Part shown: piece by piece, positions 1 through 10,425 of the stretch | Numbering within the stretch: position 1 is the first letter of the stretch | Layout of the letters: each line of letters starts with the position of its first letter | Origin: Azolla caroliniana | Taxonomy: Eukaryota; Plantae; Polypodiophyta | DNA: 23,129 bases | Assembly (NCBI GenBank): GCA_043228905.1 | Contig: JBHGNT010000488.1 | Coordinates: 1-23,129 of the forward strand | Direction of reading: 5' to 3' | Notes under the pieces: generated by a model | The model's database searches: none | What the model saw: only the letters and a program-made list of their open reading frames with translations | What the model was told of the DNA's origin: nothing | Translations under genes and position numbers: made by a program

Positions 1-64
1 TGATGAGGATATTTGCGCCTACGATGCCCCCAATAACAATAAAAACAATGGCGACAGTATTCAT
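1..64 (-). CDS. Cys-rich transmembrane micropeptide, copy A (5' part only; runs off the window edge)
   Basis: Reverse complement from ATG at 64 reads MNTVAIVFIVIGGIVGANILI..., nearly identical to copies C and D. It has the same gagaaagATGA start context and the same upstream TATA block. Confidence 0.7.
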   Translation of the reverse strand, partial: MNTVAIVFIVIGGIVGANILI

Positions 65-131
65 CTTTCTCGATAATATATAATGCACCACCAATTCAAA
101 TCCTGCCCTCAAAACCGAATGTATGCATATC

Positions 132-192
132 ATATATATAGTGCTAAATCAATCCAATTAATATAATGGAATTGGCCCTCGAATTAAGATCC
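132..192 (-). promoter_or_regulatory. Conserved core-promoter block of copy A (GGATCTTAATTCGAGGGCCAATTCCATTATATTAATTGGATTGATTTAGCAC-TATATATA)
   Basis: Same block upstream of all four peptide copies, with the TATA tract ~70 nt before the ATG. Confidence 0.65.
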
Positions 193-600
193 TTCCCCCC
201 CCCACCCCATTTCCACCCCTCCCTCACCACTTTGTCTTTGACTTTGATTAATATAATATAATGTTCAAATCCTTGCCCCATTTCCACCCCACCCCCCACC
301 TTGTCTTATACTTTAATTCTCTGTAACTGCTTGCCTCATTACCATCAAATGTTGGCCATGTTCATGTTTTAAATGTAATCAACAAAGTGAGATCGATCTC
401 CCAAAACCAAATGTGGAATGTGACTTTTCCTGTAGGAGTCTAGAGGCCTGCTTTAGAACGGCACCAAAGACAGATATTCTTCATATATTCCCTTTGATGA
501 GATCTAGATACAAGTCATATAAGCTAAGCATGATGATTATTAAACATATGTGCAGGCAAAACAGAAGACTCATAAGTTCATAATTAAAACGCCCATGAAT

Positions 601-618
601 TAAACGCACGTGCGTTTA
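601..618. promoter_or_regulatory. 18-bp perfect palindrome TAAACGCACGTGCGTTTA with G-box (CACGTG) core
   Basis: Read directly; duplicate of 2971-2988. Confidence 0.5.
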
Positions 619-1042
619 TCTTCTTCAGGAGAAAGGTGTTAACCATGGGAAAGGTGTCAAAAACATTCAAAACCGTAACCCCCTAACATATATCTACTTT
701 TAAGAGTCTTTGTTGTGAGTGAGCGAGTGTATGTGCAATTGTAATTATGTAATCGTGTACGAACGTTTGAATGCATTTCATTTTGTAAATGAAATTGTCG
801 CCTCCTTTCTTACAATGTCACCACCTAACATCTGCCCTTTACACTAGTGTTTGGACAAATGTTTGGACATATAAATTGCAAGGCCAAGTGAGAAGGGAAG
901 ACATCAAAGTCAAAGAAATGGTGTGTGGGGGGGGGAGGGAGGAAAGGATCTTAATTCGAGTGTCAAGTGGACGTCAACAAGAGTAACGAGAGGAATCAAC
1001 ATGGAGATAGCCTCAAAAACCAATGTAAAGCTAATAGGATTG

Positions 1043-2354
1043 CAAAAAGGTAGTTTTGGGCCTTATGAGTAAGCAAGGTTATAAATAAAGGCGTGTGCTA
1101 CATTAATAGTTTCAGTTGAACTAAGATTGCGACTCCAACTACAAGGAAGAGAATGAAGGTTTCGAAGAAGAAGGAAGCTTCCACATGGATTTAAAGAATT
1201 TTTTAGTAGTGATGCACATAAATTACTTGTGTCGGAAGTGATCGTATAATGATGCTTTCGCATGGATTTGATGAAGAATTACTTAGTAGTTGTGCACAAG
1301 AATTTCAAGTGGTGAAAATGAGGATATAGTCATGCTTCCACATGCATTTGAGTGTATCACATACCTGCGGTATCTAATAAATAGGTTTAACCTGATCTAC
1401 GAAATGTGAATAATTAAATGATCTGATATTTTGCTTAAGAGAAATTTGTTAAGAAAACATAAGAGATCCTATGGTATAGTAGATAAGAGACATTGGTCTT
1501 TGAAACGAGACATCAGTATAAGTATAAGTTAGGACCATGATCCTAATTTAAGTTAGGAAGATAAAGAATTATTGAGTTGTGATGCATGTTAAGTACAAAG
1601 CATTCACATAGTAATCCCATGTATGCTCTTTAGTTGAACGTACTAAGCAATAGAACATTAGAAATAACGGCTCTAAGAAAGGTCTCTTATATATATATAT
1701 ATAGTGTTGAATTAATTCACAAACCTCATCACATATGCACACTATATATGTGCTCAATCAATTCAATACACATAATCATCACCTGCAGAACTTCCCCAAT
1801 GATGAACTTCCACAAACCCAGATTGACTTTGATTTTCTGTGGGGTCTGTCATCATTTTATCCGACCCATCACAACTATTTTAATTGTGGATTGTGTAAAA
1901 AAAACCCTTTCTCAAAAAATTTCGTGGTTATTATGAAGCCAAGCAGAATCAGATGAGAATTAGAGGAATGTAATGATTTCGTAGGAAATGTGGCAATAAT
2001 TATAGACAAATCTGTGTGGCAATAATTATTATGGAATGTTACAATGGTTTTGTAAGCATGATTGATGACAACTGCATTATGCATTTAAAACCTGCTACAA
2101 TTTACTATCATTAAATGAGAATTTCTAGAAAAGGGCACACATCCAGACTGAAATTAATCAGAGGTTACATACACCTTAACCATGTCTTCACATTATAATT
2201 CAATGAGGGTCTACATACACATGCATATATATCGAGAAAGAGACATTTGTTTCCATGGATTAATTCCTATTCCTTGCTAGCCAAGTACATTGTGCCATGG
2301 TGGCTTAAAAACCCATTTAGTTTGGCCAAGATCAACTATAGATTTTGAGTTACT
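1043..2354 (-). repeat. Duplicated 3' flank of the peptide cassette (copy B version)
   Basis: Inverted similarity to 4986-5877 (e.g. 1043-1100 vs 5821-5877) and direct similarity to 22128-22831, with copy-B-specific extra segments. Confidence 0.85.
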
Positions 2355-2507
2355 TCACACCGGATTTTCCTGATTCGAATCTGAAAGTGCTGCCACCGCA
2401 AAGATACCGGCGCAGCAGAATGTGCAGCACATGATTAGCAGTGCGGCAATGAGATTTAGGCCTACGATTGCCCCAATACAAATAAAAATAATGGCAACAG
2501 TATTCAT
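2355..2507 (-). CDS. Cys-rich transmembrane micropeptide, copy B (50 aa, divergent paralogue): MNTVAIIFICIGAIVGLNLIAALLIMCCTFCCAGIFAVAALSDSNQENPV
   Basis: Open frame kept despite many substitutions and a 3-codon length difference from C/D. MNTVAI, VG.N, CC..CC, NQ..PV and TGA-agtaact are conserved. The true start is taken as the ATG at 2507, not the longer ORF-track start. Confidence 0.8.
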   Translation of the reverse strand: MNTVAIIFICIGAIVGLNLIAALLIMCCTFCCAGIFAVAALSDSNQENPV

Positions 2508-2571
2508 CTTCTCGATATATTGCAGCGATTCAGATCCTCCCCACAAACCGTCGATGTATGCAAATAATATC

Positions 2572-2639
2572 TATATATATACATATAGTGCCGAATCAAT
2601 TCAATTAATATAATGGAATTGACCCTCGAATTAAGATCC
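2572..2639 (-). promoter_or_regulatory. Conserved core-promoter/TATA block of copy B
   Basis: Diverged version of the shared block (GGATCTTAATTCGAGGGTCAATTCCATTATATTAATTGAATTGATT...TATATATA). Confidence 0.6.
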
Positions 2640-2970
2640 TTTCCTACCTCCCCCCCACACACACCATTTCTTTGACTTTGATGTCTTCCCTTCTCACTTG
2701 ACCTTGCAATTTATATGTCCAAACATTTGTCCAAACACTAGTGTAAAGGGCAGATGTTAGGTGGTGACATTGTAAGAAAGGAGGCGACAATTTCATTTAC
2801 AAAATGAGATGCATTCGAACGTTCGTACACGATTACATAATTACAATTGCACATACACTTGCTCACTGACAACAAAGACTCTTTAAAGTAGATATATGTT
2901 AGGGGGTCACGGTTTGGAATGTTTTTGACACCTTTCCCATGGTTAACACCTTTCTCCTGAAGAAGCTTCA

Positions 2971-2988
2971 TAAACGCACGTGCGTTTA
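2971..2988. promoter_or_regulatory. 18-bp perfect palindrome with G-box core, near the middle of the B/C divergent promoter
   Basis: TAAACGCACGTGCGTTTA lies ~460 nt from the copy B ATG and ~430 nt from the copy C ATG. CACGTG is the established plant bZIP/bHLH G-box. Confidence 0.55.
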
Positions 2989-3288
2989 ATTCATGGGCGT
3001 TTTAATTATGAACTTATGAGTCTTCTGTTTTGCCTGCACATATGTTTAATAGTCATCATGCTTAGCTTATATGACTTGTATCTAGATCTCATCAAAGGGA
3101 ATATATGAAGAATATCTATCTTTGGTGCCGTTCTAAACCAGGCCTCTAGACTCCTACAGGAAAAGTCACATTCCACATTTGGTTTTGGGAGATCGATCTC
3201 ACTTTGTTGATTACATTTAAAACATGAACATGGCCAACATTTGATGGTAATGAGGCAAGCAGTTACAGAGAATTAAAGTAATGAGGAA

Positions 3289-3349
3289 GGATCTTAATTC
3301 GAGGGCCAATTCCATTATATTAATTGGATTGATTTAGCACTATATATAT
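3289..3349 (+). promoter_or_regulatory. Conserved core-promoter/TATA block of copy C
   Basis: GGATCTTAATTCGAGGGCCAATTCCATTATATTAATTGGATTGATTTAGCAC followed by TATATATA at 3341-3348, ~70 nt before ATG 3417. Confidence 0.65.
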
Positions 3350-3416
3350 GATATGCATACATTCGGTTTTGAGGGGAGGATTTGAATTGGTGGTGCATTA
3401 TATATTATCGAGAAAG

Positions 3417-3560
3417 ATGAATACTGTCGCCATTGTTTTTATTGTTATTGGGGGCTTCGTAGGTGTAAATATCCTCATCACACTGATAATGCTATGCTGC
3501 GGGTGCTGCTGCTTCAGCATCGCTGCAGCGGTAGAAGCGAATCAGAAAAGTCCGGTGTGA
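3417..3560 (+). CDS. Cys-rich transmembrane micropeptide, copy C (47 aa): MNTVAIVFIVIGGFVGVNILITLIMLCCGCCCFSIAAAVEANQKSPV
   Basis: Intact ORF shared with three paralogues. It has a ~23-residue hydrophobic stretch, a CCGCCC cluster, an upstream TATA and a purine-rich start context. Confidence 0.82.
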   Translation: MNTVAIVFIVIGGFVGVNILITLIMLCCGCCCFSIAAAVEANQKSPV

Positions 3561-3671
3561 AGTAACTTAGAAATCTCCATGTCCGCCCACATGTTATGCT
3601 TGATCTTGGACAAATTAAAATTGTTTTAAGCCAACATGACCAACAAGGAAGAATAATGCTTGTAAACAAAT

Positions 3672-4786
3672 TAGAGAGACCATTGGTGATGATGCTATCA
3701 CGCCAACTCCGAAGCAAATCGACTGTACCACATGACATTATTAGGGCCGAGTTCACGTTACCCCCAATGCTAGTAGAGGCACTTTTTCAACTTGTAGTCT
3801 TTATTGATAGGATACATAGCCAACCACATGATAGAATATCTCATCAAGCCTTTAAGGCCTCTCGATCATTGTATGAGTCCGGCTATACTAGCTCATGGTA
3901 TGGCATGATGGTGACTTGGCTTCTTGCGAATGGTCTAGACATTAATAACCTACCTCCCCTTAGGTACAACCACACGAGTGATAACACCTTAATCTCTCAT
4001 GAGAACCGCAATAAAGTAATACGCCAAGAAATATGGCAAATTTACACTCGGTGTAAATGGATCACCCCACTAGAGCCACTCCCATCTAAAATGTCGTACT
4101 ATAAGAAACACTTCATGCACTTCTCTGAGTTAGGTTTTATCACACGGCCAAAATATCTAGATGTATTCTTACCACATGCACTAAGGGTTGCCATAGGACA
4201 ACTTAGAATATCATCTCACCAACTTGAGATTGAAAATGGCCGTACTAGTGGAGTCCCTAGGGAGGAAAGGATATGTAGGTTATGTCACATAGAGATAGAG
4301 GATGAGTACCACTTTACTTGCAAGTGTCCAACCTATGCCGAGATAAGGGCACAATACCAAGACATACTTGGTCCGTCTCCCACTCTCCCCAAACTATTAG
4401 ATACTCTAGATATAAAGAAATTAGGCAAATACATTCTAGCGCTAAAACAACACAGAGAGAATAAATTACAAAATGTTGACAATAATGCTGCTAATGATCA
4501 CGAACATGTAACAAATGCAGTTTTTCAGGAACCTGAGGAGACAACGAATGCCGACACACTTGCACCACTCGGCCTTTCCATTGATGAGGCAGAAAACCAG
4601 AGAAGAATCAGACGTCCTCGGGTGCCGGGTTTTAAAACAACTCAACGTGATGTGGACGCAATATTGAAAATAAGGGAACGTGAGCTACACCGCCTAGAAG
4701 CCATGGCTAGGGCACTCTCTACATTGGAACCCACATCAAGACCCTTTGACCCCCCACTTCTTTTCGAGAGGCTTGGGTGGAAATAA
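3672..4786 (+). pseudogene. C-terminal part of LINE ORF2 (post-RT region with Cys/His zinc-binding motif); no endonuclease or RT core
   Basis: ORF track 3596..4786. The motif C-x2-C...EDExHF...CP is typical of LINE ORF2 C-termini. The first ~25 codons of the ORF derive from the peptide gene's 3' flank. Confidence 0.75.
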
Positions 4787-4985
4787 AATTAGGCTTAGTG
4801 TATAGTCACTTTCGAGTATACTACATATTGTACACTACTAGAACTCTTTTAGTTTAAGTTCTATTTTTTTTTTACTTAATTTTATTTTTAGTTATGATGA
4901 CTGGATAAATACTCTATTGTTGTAAACCAATTGTCTCATGGGCCAAATTTGGCCTTAGAAGACGTTAATACACCTTTCTTTCTTC
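3672..4985 (+). mobile_element. 5'-truncated non-LTR retrotransposon (LINE; RTEX/L2-Crack-like C-terminus) inserted in the 3' flank of copy C
   Basis: Copy D has ...gtaaacaaat-gtcaga-tctctctctacatat..., whereas copy C has ~1.3 kb between the same flanks. The insert encodes LRISSHQLEIENGR...CRLC..EDEYHF..CP and ends in a palindrome plus a CTTT-type tail. Confidence 0.85.
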
Positions 4986-5877
4986 TTTCTCTACATATAT
5001 ATATATATATATATATGCATTTGTAGCCTCTCATTGAAATTATAATGTGAAGACAAAGGTTATGGTCAAGGTGTATGTATGTAGCCTCTGACTAAAATTC
5101 AGTCTGTGATGTGTCCCATTCACTAGAAATCATTACATACCACATTTACTACAAAATCATTACATTCCTCTAATTCTCATCTGCTTGTGATTATGTGTAT
5201 TGAATTCATTAAGTGTACATATGTGAGGTAACTTGTGACTTAATTGAGCACTATATATAGTGTGCAATATATATATATATATATATAAGAGACCTTCTTT
5301 GTTATAGCCGTTAAATCTAATGTTCGATTGCTCAGTACGTTGAACTAAAGAGCATAATGCTTGTACTTCACGTTCATCACAACTCAATAATTCTTGATCT
5401 TCATATTTCTAATATCTTAAATTAGAATCACGGTCCTAACTCATACTTACTAAATGTTGAGCGCAGAATCTCTGGTTTCAAAGACCAATTTCTTTTATCT
5501 ATTATGCCATAGGAACTCTTAGGTTTCCTTAACTGAATTTCTTCTAAACAAAACATTAGATTAATTTAATTATTCTCATTTCATAGATCAAGGTAAACTT
5601 AAGAATTAGATACCACAATTGAGACATAAGTATGTGATACACTCAAATCCATGTGGACACATGGACTCTATCCTCATTTTTAACACTCGGAAATTTATGT
5701 ACACAACTACTAAATAATTCTTCATCAAATCCATGTGGAGGTTTCCTTCTTCTTCAAAATCTTCATTCTCTTCAATGTAATTAGAGTCTAGATCTTAGTT
5801 CCATCTAAATTATTAATGTAGTACATGCCTTTATTTATAACCGTGCTTACTTCATAAGGTCCAAAACTACCCTTTTG
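4986..5877 (+). repeat. Duplicated 3' flank of the peptide cassette (copy C version, distal to the LINE)
   Basis: 4986-5586 is the reverse complement of ~22128-22720 at high identity, and the segment matches 1043-2240 at lower identity. Confidence 0.88.
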
Positions 5878-6662
5878 TCCCACGAATAAGCTCTTATCCA
5901 TTGAGCTATCCCTTTTTGTTGTTTTGATAATGGTCTTGTCTTGTGTCCTGCTTGTCACATGTTTGCACTATCTTTCAACATTTTATATGTCTTACGGTTG
6001 ACGTATTTCAATTCGCCAACTTCCCACATCACGACATTGTTAGTTGCGAATCTCATTCACTGTAAACTTGAATTTTCATCATTCAATACGAACATTGTAA
6101 ATCGTCAAGTTTTTGGGTCATAGCATCAAATTAGCTCATGCAAGAGGCGTCGTGGATTGATGTGAAAAAATGTTGGGATCGAAGTTTAGAGAGGAACTAC
6201 ACAATTGACAAAAATTGTGTGTCGGGCAACAAGAATTGTATAGTTCCTTTGTGTCAACATTGAGCTTTTACTAATGTGTTATGAACACGCCACAAGTCAA
6301 CATGATTTTGATTATTCCTTCTACGATTATATTTGCGAATGCTCAAGATGGCGATCACGTCATGATCGACAACACAAGGTTGGAGAATGTCACCATTGCC
6401 CCTCCTATATAGATTCCCTCATATCATGGTGAATGGTCCTCACTTTTAAAATAAGACTAGCTCGGTCACTTTTGCTAAGTTGTTTTAAGAATAATGCCCC
6501 TTGTATGAGTACTCGAACTATGTCACCAACCCATGTTAGTGCAATGTTGAGTGTGATGAGTGACGCATATGGTGTGTCACCTTCAATGCCAATTGTTGCT
6601 TCGCCACCCATTGGTTGTGAGAAATGATTGGCCGAGACATGCTTTTTGCCGAAGTTCAAAAT

Positions 6663-6858
6663 TGTAAAAAGAATAGCGTGCGGAAGCAATAGAAAACCGA
6701 ACACAAAAACGCAGGTTTAATGGAGAGCTTGAATATACACAGTACGCGGGAGAGAGAGAGAGACAGAGAGAGAGACAATGCACACAGACTCAATTCAAAA
6801 AAAATACTCAATCTATACATAGGAGGTGCTCAGTGAGCACTTTTATACAAGTCCATAC
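6663..6858 (-). mobile_element. Distal (R/U5-side) part of the 3' LTR of the minus-strand copia, separated from the rest by the TIR element
   Basis: Minus strand reads TATAAAA (6841-6847), then a CT-rich tract, ending ...TTTTTACA at 6663. It joins 13482-13715 across the duplicated GTCCATAC. The distal end is inferred because no second LTR is available for comparison. Confidence 0.6.
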
Positions 6859-7089
6859 CCCGGGGGCTTCACTGTCAAAACTTGTATGATAGCACGTGAG
6901 TTCATCAAAAGGGGTTTAAATTGACCACTGAGATACAAAATGTATATATATAAGGGTATAAATAAATCTTTGAAAATATATCTACCTAAGGGTATTATCT
7001 ATTATGCTAGAGAAAAAAATTTCATAAGCCCATGAAATATTAAATATTTCAATGAGATAGTAAAGAATATATTATGCAAACAATGCTCA

Positions 7090-9690
7090 AATTTGGAGTA
7101 GCATATATACATTATACATACATATACATGCGTGCATGCATGTATACCTACATTTAAACATTACATCCGTGAATATGTATATACACACATTACACCCATT
7201 TATACATGCAGAGTGCCTAAACATGAATATATTATATTTGTACAAATATGTATTACCATATGTAAATATGTACATAAATACAATACATACTACATAGTAT
7301 ATAAATACATGCATACATATCTAGATATATATAAATTGTACAAATAAAATACAATACATACTACATAGTATATAAATACATGGATACATATCTAGATATA
7401 TATAAATGCATACATTCTACACACGTATCAGAATAAGCCATATATATTGACATACATATATACATAATACACACATTAAAATTACATATTACATATATAC
7501 ATACACATTCTTACAAACTATTTTATATATTACATATTACACACATATATTATTATACACACAAATCACAATTATATACAAAACATGTTGTGGTGTGCAT
7601 GTGTGCATTTCACAATATATACATACCAAACACAAAAAGATTACATACATAAATAAATTACATATTATATATACACATACACATACACGTAAATATAGAA
7701 GATTACATATTATATTTAATACAAATCTACATACATACAAACATGTTACATATATTACACACACACACACACATACACATAAATAAATTACATACTACAT
7801 ATCATGTAATCCATACATATTATATGATATACAAATTTACATACACATACATACAAACAAGTTACATATATGTATTACACACATACCCATAAATAAATTA
7901 CATGCTACATATCATATAATCCATACATATTATATGATATACAAATTTACATACACGTACATACATACATAGATACATACATATTCCACATATCACCATA
8001 TCTATAGGTTATACGAAACCATACAAAATACAATACTTAGTACATATATATACATATATACATTCATACACACACATTGGATATATGTATACTTACACAT
8101 ACATCGGATATATACATGTATATTATATGCATATTACAAACATACATCCATATATGAGTTATACACATACTAAACATTAAAATACACCGAAAATATAGAT
8201 ACATAAATACATTAGATATATACACATACATACATTCATATATTCATTCATACATTGCTACACGTAAATACGTACATATGCCTACAATGTCACACATATA
8301 AATTTTATAAACACACATACATACATACATTACATGCAAGCATACACATACATACATTACATGTATGCATACACATACATATATTACATGCATGCATACA
8401 CATACATACATTCCATACATATGTACATATATATCACCACATACACACACACATAGTCATACACACTACAATAATACATATATACATACACATCCATACA
8501 CATTGAATCATGTACATTGACATATGCATATATGCATAAACATATATACATACATTACATATGTTACATGTACATACATATTCCACATATCACCATATAT
8601 ATAGGTCATACGGGGTCATACAAACTACATTCCTTACATATATGCATACATATGTATACGCATACATTGGATATATGCATACATATTATGTGAATATTGC
8701 TAACATACATCTAGATATGACCCATACACATACTAAACACTCAAATACCCTGAAAATATACATACATATATACACATACGCACATGGACATACATATATT
8801 CATTCATACATTGCTACACGTATATATGTACATATGCCTACAATGATACACGTATAAATTTTACAAACATACATCCATACACATACACACATATATACAT
8901 TACATACATAAATACATACATACATACATATTCCACATATCACCATATATATAGGTCATATGGGGTCATACAAACTACAATACATACATAATATATACAT
9001 AGACATACATACATATTACAAACACACATCCACACACACATGTATGCATACACATACAAACGTACATACATTACTTATTACATATATACTCATATGTACA
9101 TGCATACATGTACATACATATATTCATTCAACACATAATGGATCCAATATACACATCTAAACTTACACACATGCCATATATACAATACATATAATACATG
9201 CAATACAATACATATATGTACATACATACACACATCCCATACATACAATGCATATGTATATACAATAGATACATCATACAATTAATACATACAATATGTA
9301 CATACATACACACTTACATATGTACACATATCACATACATATATATACATGCAATACAATACGTATGCATGTATATATAGAATAGACACACACATATATA
9401 CACATGTATGTACGCATACACATATGTATATAGAACATACACTCACATAACACACACATACATATGCATAGGCCATACGAATAATACATACACATTACAA
9501 TACATCATATGCACATGTACAGAACATACACACACATAGCACATACATACATATGCACATGTCACACAGACAACACATGGAGTACAATACATACATATGC
9601 ACATGTATAGAGCATAACACACACACACACACACACAAATATACATATCCACATGCATAAACATGCACATGTATAGAAGGTACATACACA
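7090..9690. repeat. ~2.6-kb low-complexity TACA/CATA/TA-rich tract with internal block duplications
   Basis: Degenerate (TACA)n/(CA)n/(TA)n. Duplicated blocks include ~7277-7337 vs ~7347-7408 and ~7970-8330 vs ~8570-8870. Confidence 0.9.
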
Positions 9691-9809
9691 CAATAGAACA
9701 CTCTTTTTAAAATGCCTCTCAAAGGGATGCTAATTGTTTTAAAAAAATGGGGGAAGAAAGGGAGGGAGATTATATATGTGATGTGTTTTAGTAAAAATTG
9801 GGGGGGAAA

Positions 9810-9811
<2 letters not shown>

Positions 9812-9857
<46 letters not shown>
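9812..9857. repeat. (GA)n microsatellite
   Basis: Read directly. Confidence 0.95.
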
Positions 9858-9859
<2 letters not shown>

Positions 9860-9901
9860 CTTTGTCTCCTCTTTCACCCCCCTCCACATCTCAAAGCTTC
9901 C

Positions 9902-10335
9902 ATGGCCGTTGTAGATCTCGAGTATTGCTGCTTCATTGGAGGTTTCGCATGGACCATCGATGATCGTAGGATACTTCGGCGAAGTTGTCAACTCCAAGGT
10001 TATCAATGACCATGAAACGGGACGATTACGAGGCTTTGGCTTTGTGACATTCTCTGATGAGCATGTGATGGCAGGTGTGATTCAGTCGACGAATGGAAAA
10101 GAGCTCAATGGAAGGAACATTACTGTGGACAAAGCTCAGGCAAGATCGGGTGGGGGTGATGGAGGCTATCGTGCCTCCAATGGAGGTGGTGGTTCAAAAT
10201 ATAACAAGGACAAATCAGATGGAGGAAACAGTGGATAGTGGTTCTGGTTCTGGTTGTGCTGATGGCTATAATGATACCAATGGTGGTGGAAATGGTGGCT
10301 ATGGCGGTAGCAATCTCAGTGGTGGTTATAGTGGG
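9902..10335 (+). pseudogene. Intronless, frameshifted glycine-rich RNA-binding protein (GRP7/GRP8-like RRM) copy
   Basis: ATG 9902 gives MAVVDLEYCCFIGGFAWTIDDR (RNP2-like). After a deletion/frameshift it reads YFGEVVNSKVINDHETGRLRGFGFVTF (RNP1)...ITVDKAQARSGGG. The Gly-rich tail is broken by a second frameshift/stop near 10238. Confidence 0.88.
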
Positions 10336-10420
10336 GTAATAAAAGGTATTCAAGTGGTGGCTCGGATTCACAAAATTGGAGGAAGTAAACAAAATGAAAA
10401 CTTTACAAACTTTTGTTTAT

Positions 10421-10425
<5 letters not shown>

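Larger units (their letters stand above)
1..966. repeat. Left arm of an inverted duplication (partner 2619-3481)
   Basis: 309-966 is the near-exact reverse complement of 2619-3280 (e.g. 309-348 vs 3241-3280), and 1-195 matches 3285-3481. The C-rich segment ~196-308 is missing from the right arm. Confidence 0.95.
2619..3481. repeat. Right arm of the inverted duplication (partner 1-966); spans the B/C divergent intergenic region
   Basis: Reverse complement matches 1-966 at high identity. Confidence 0.95.

Noticed and set aside
789-986. 65-aa ORF, and the 77-aa ORF at 2738-2971 in the other inverted-repeat arm
   Set aside because: The frames are not conserved between the two near-identical arms, so this is non-coding promoter DNA.
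3348-3416. N-terminal extensions of the peptide ORFs given by the ORF track (also 2508-2546 and 22976-23023)
   Set aside because: The extended starts differ between copies and the one in C overlaps the TATA tract. Only the MNTVAI ATG is shared by all four.
3596-4786. 396-aa ORF as a host gene
   Set aside because: It has LINE ORF2 C-terminal motifs and is absent at the equivalent site of copy D, so it is a TE insertion.
5880-6662. Unique-looking segment with ORFs 5941-6123, 6405-6704 and 6433-6627
   Set aside because: No recognisable motif, termini or paralogue in the window; one ORF starts inside the LTR. Left unannotated.
7087-9691. Many His/Thr/Ile/Tyr- or Cys/Val/Met-rich ORFs
   Set aside because: Translations of TACA/CA/TA low-complexity DNA on both strands; the same applies to 12860-13339.
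9495-10006. ORFs with ERERER / SLSLSL runs
   Set aside because: Translations of the (GA)n microsatellite.
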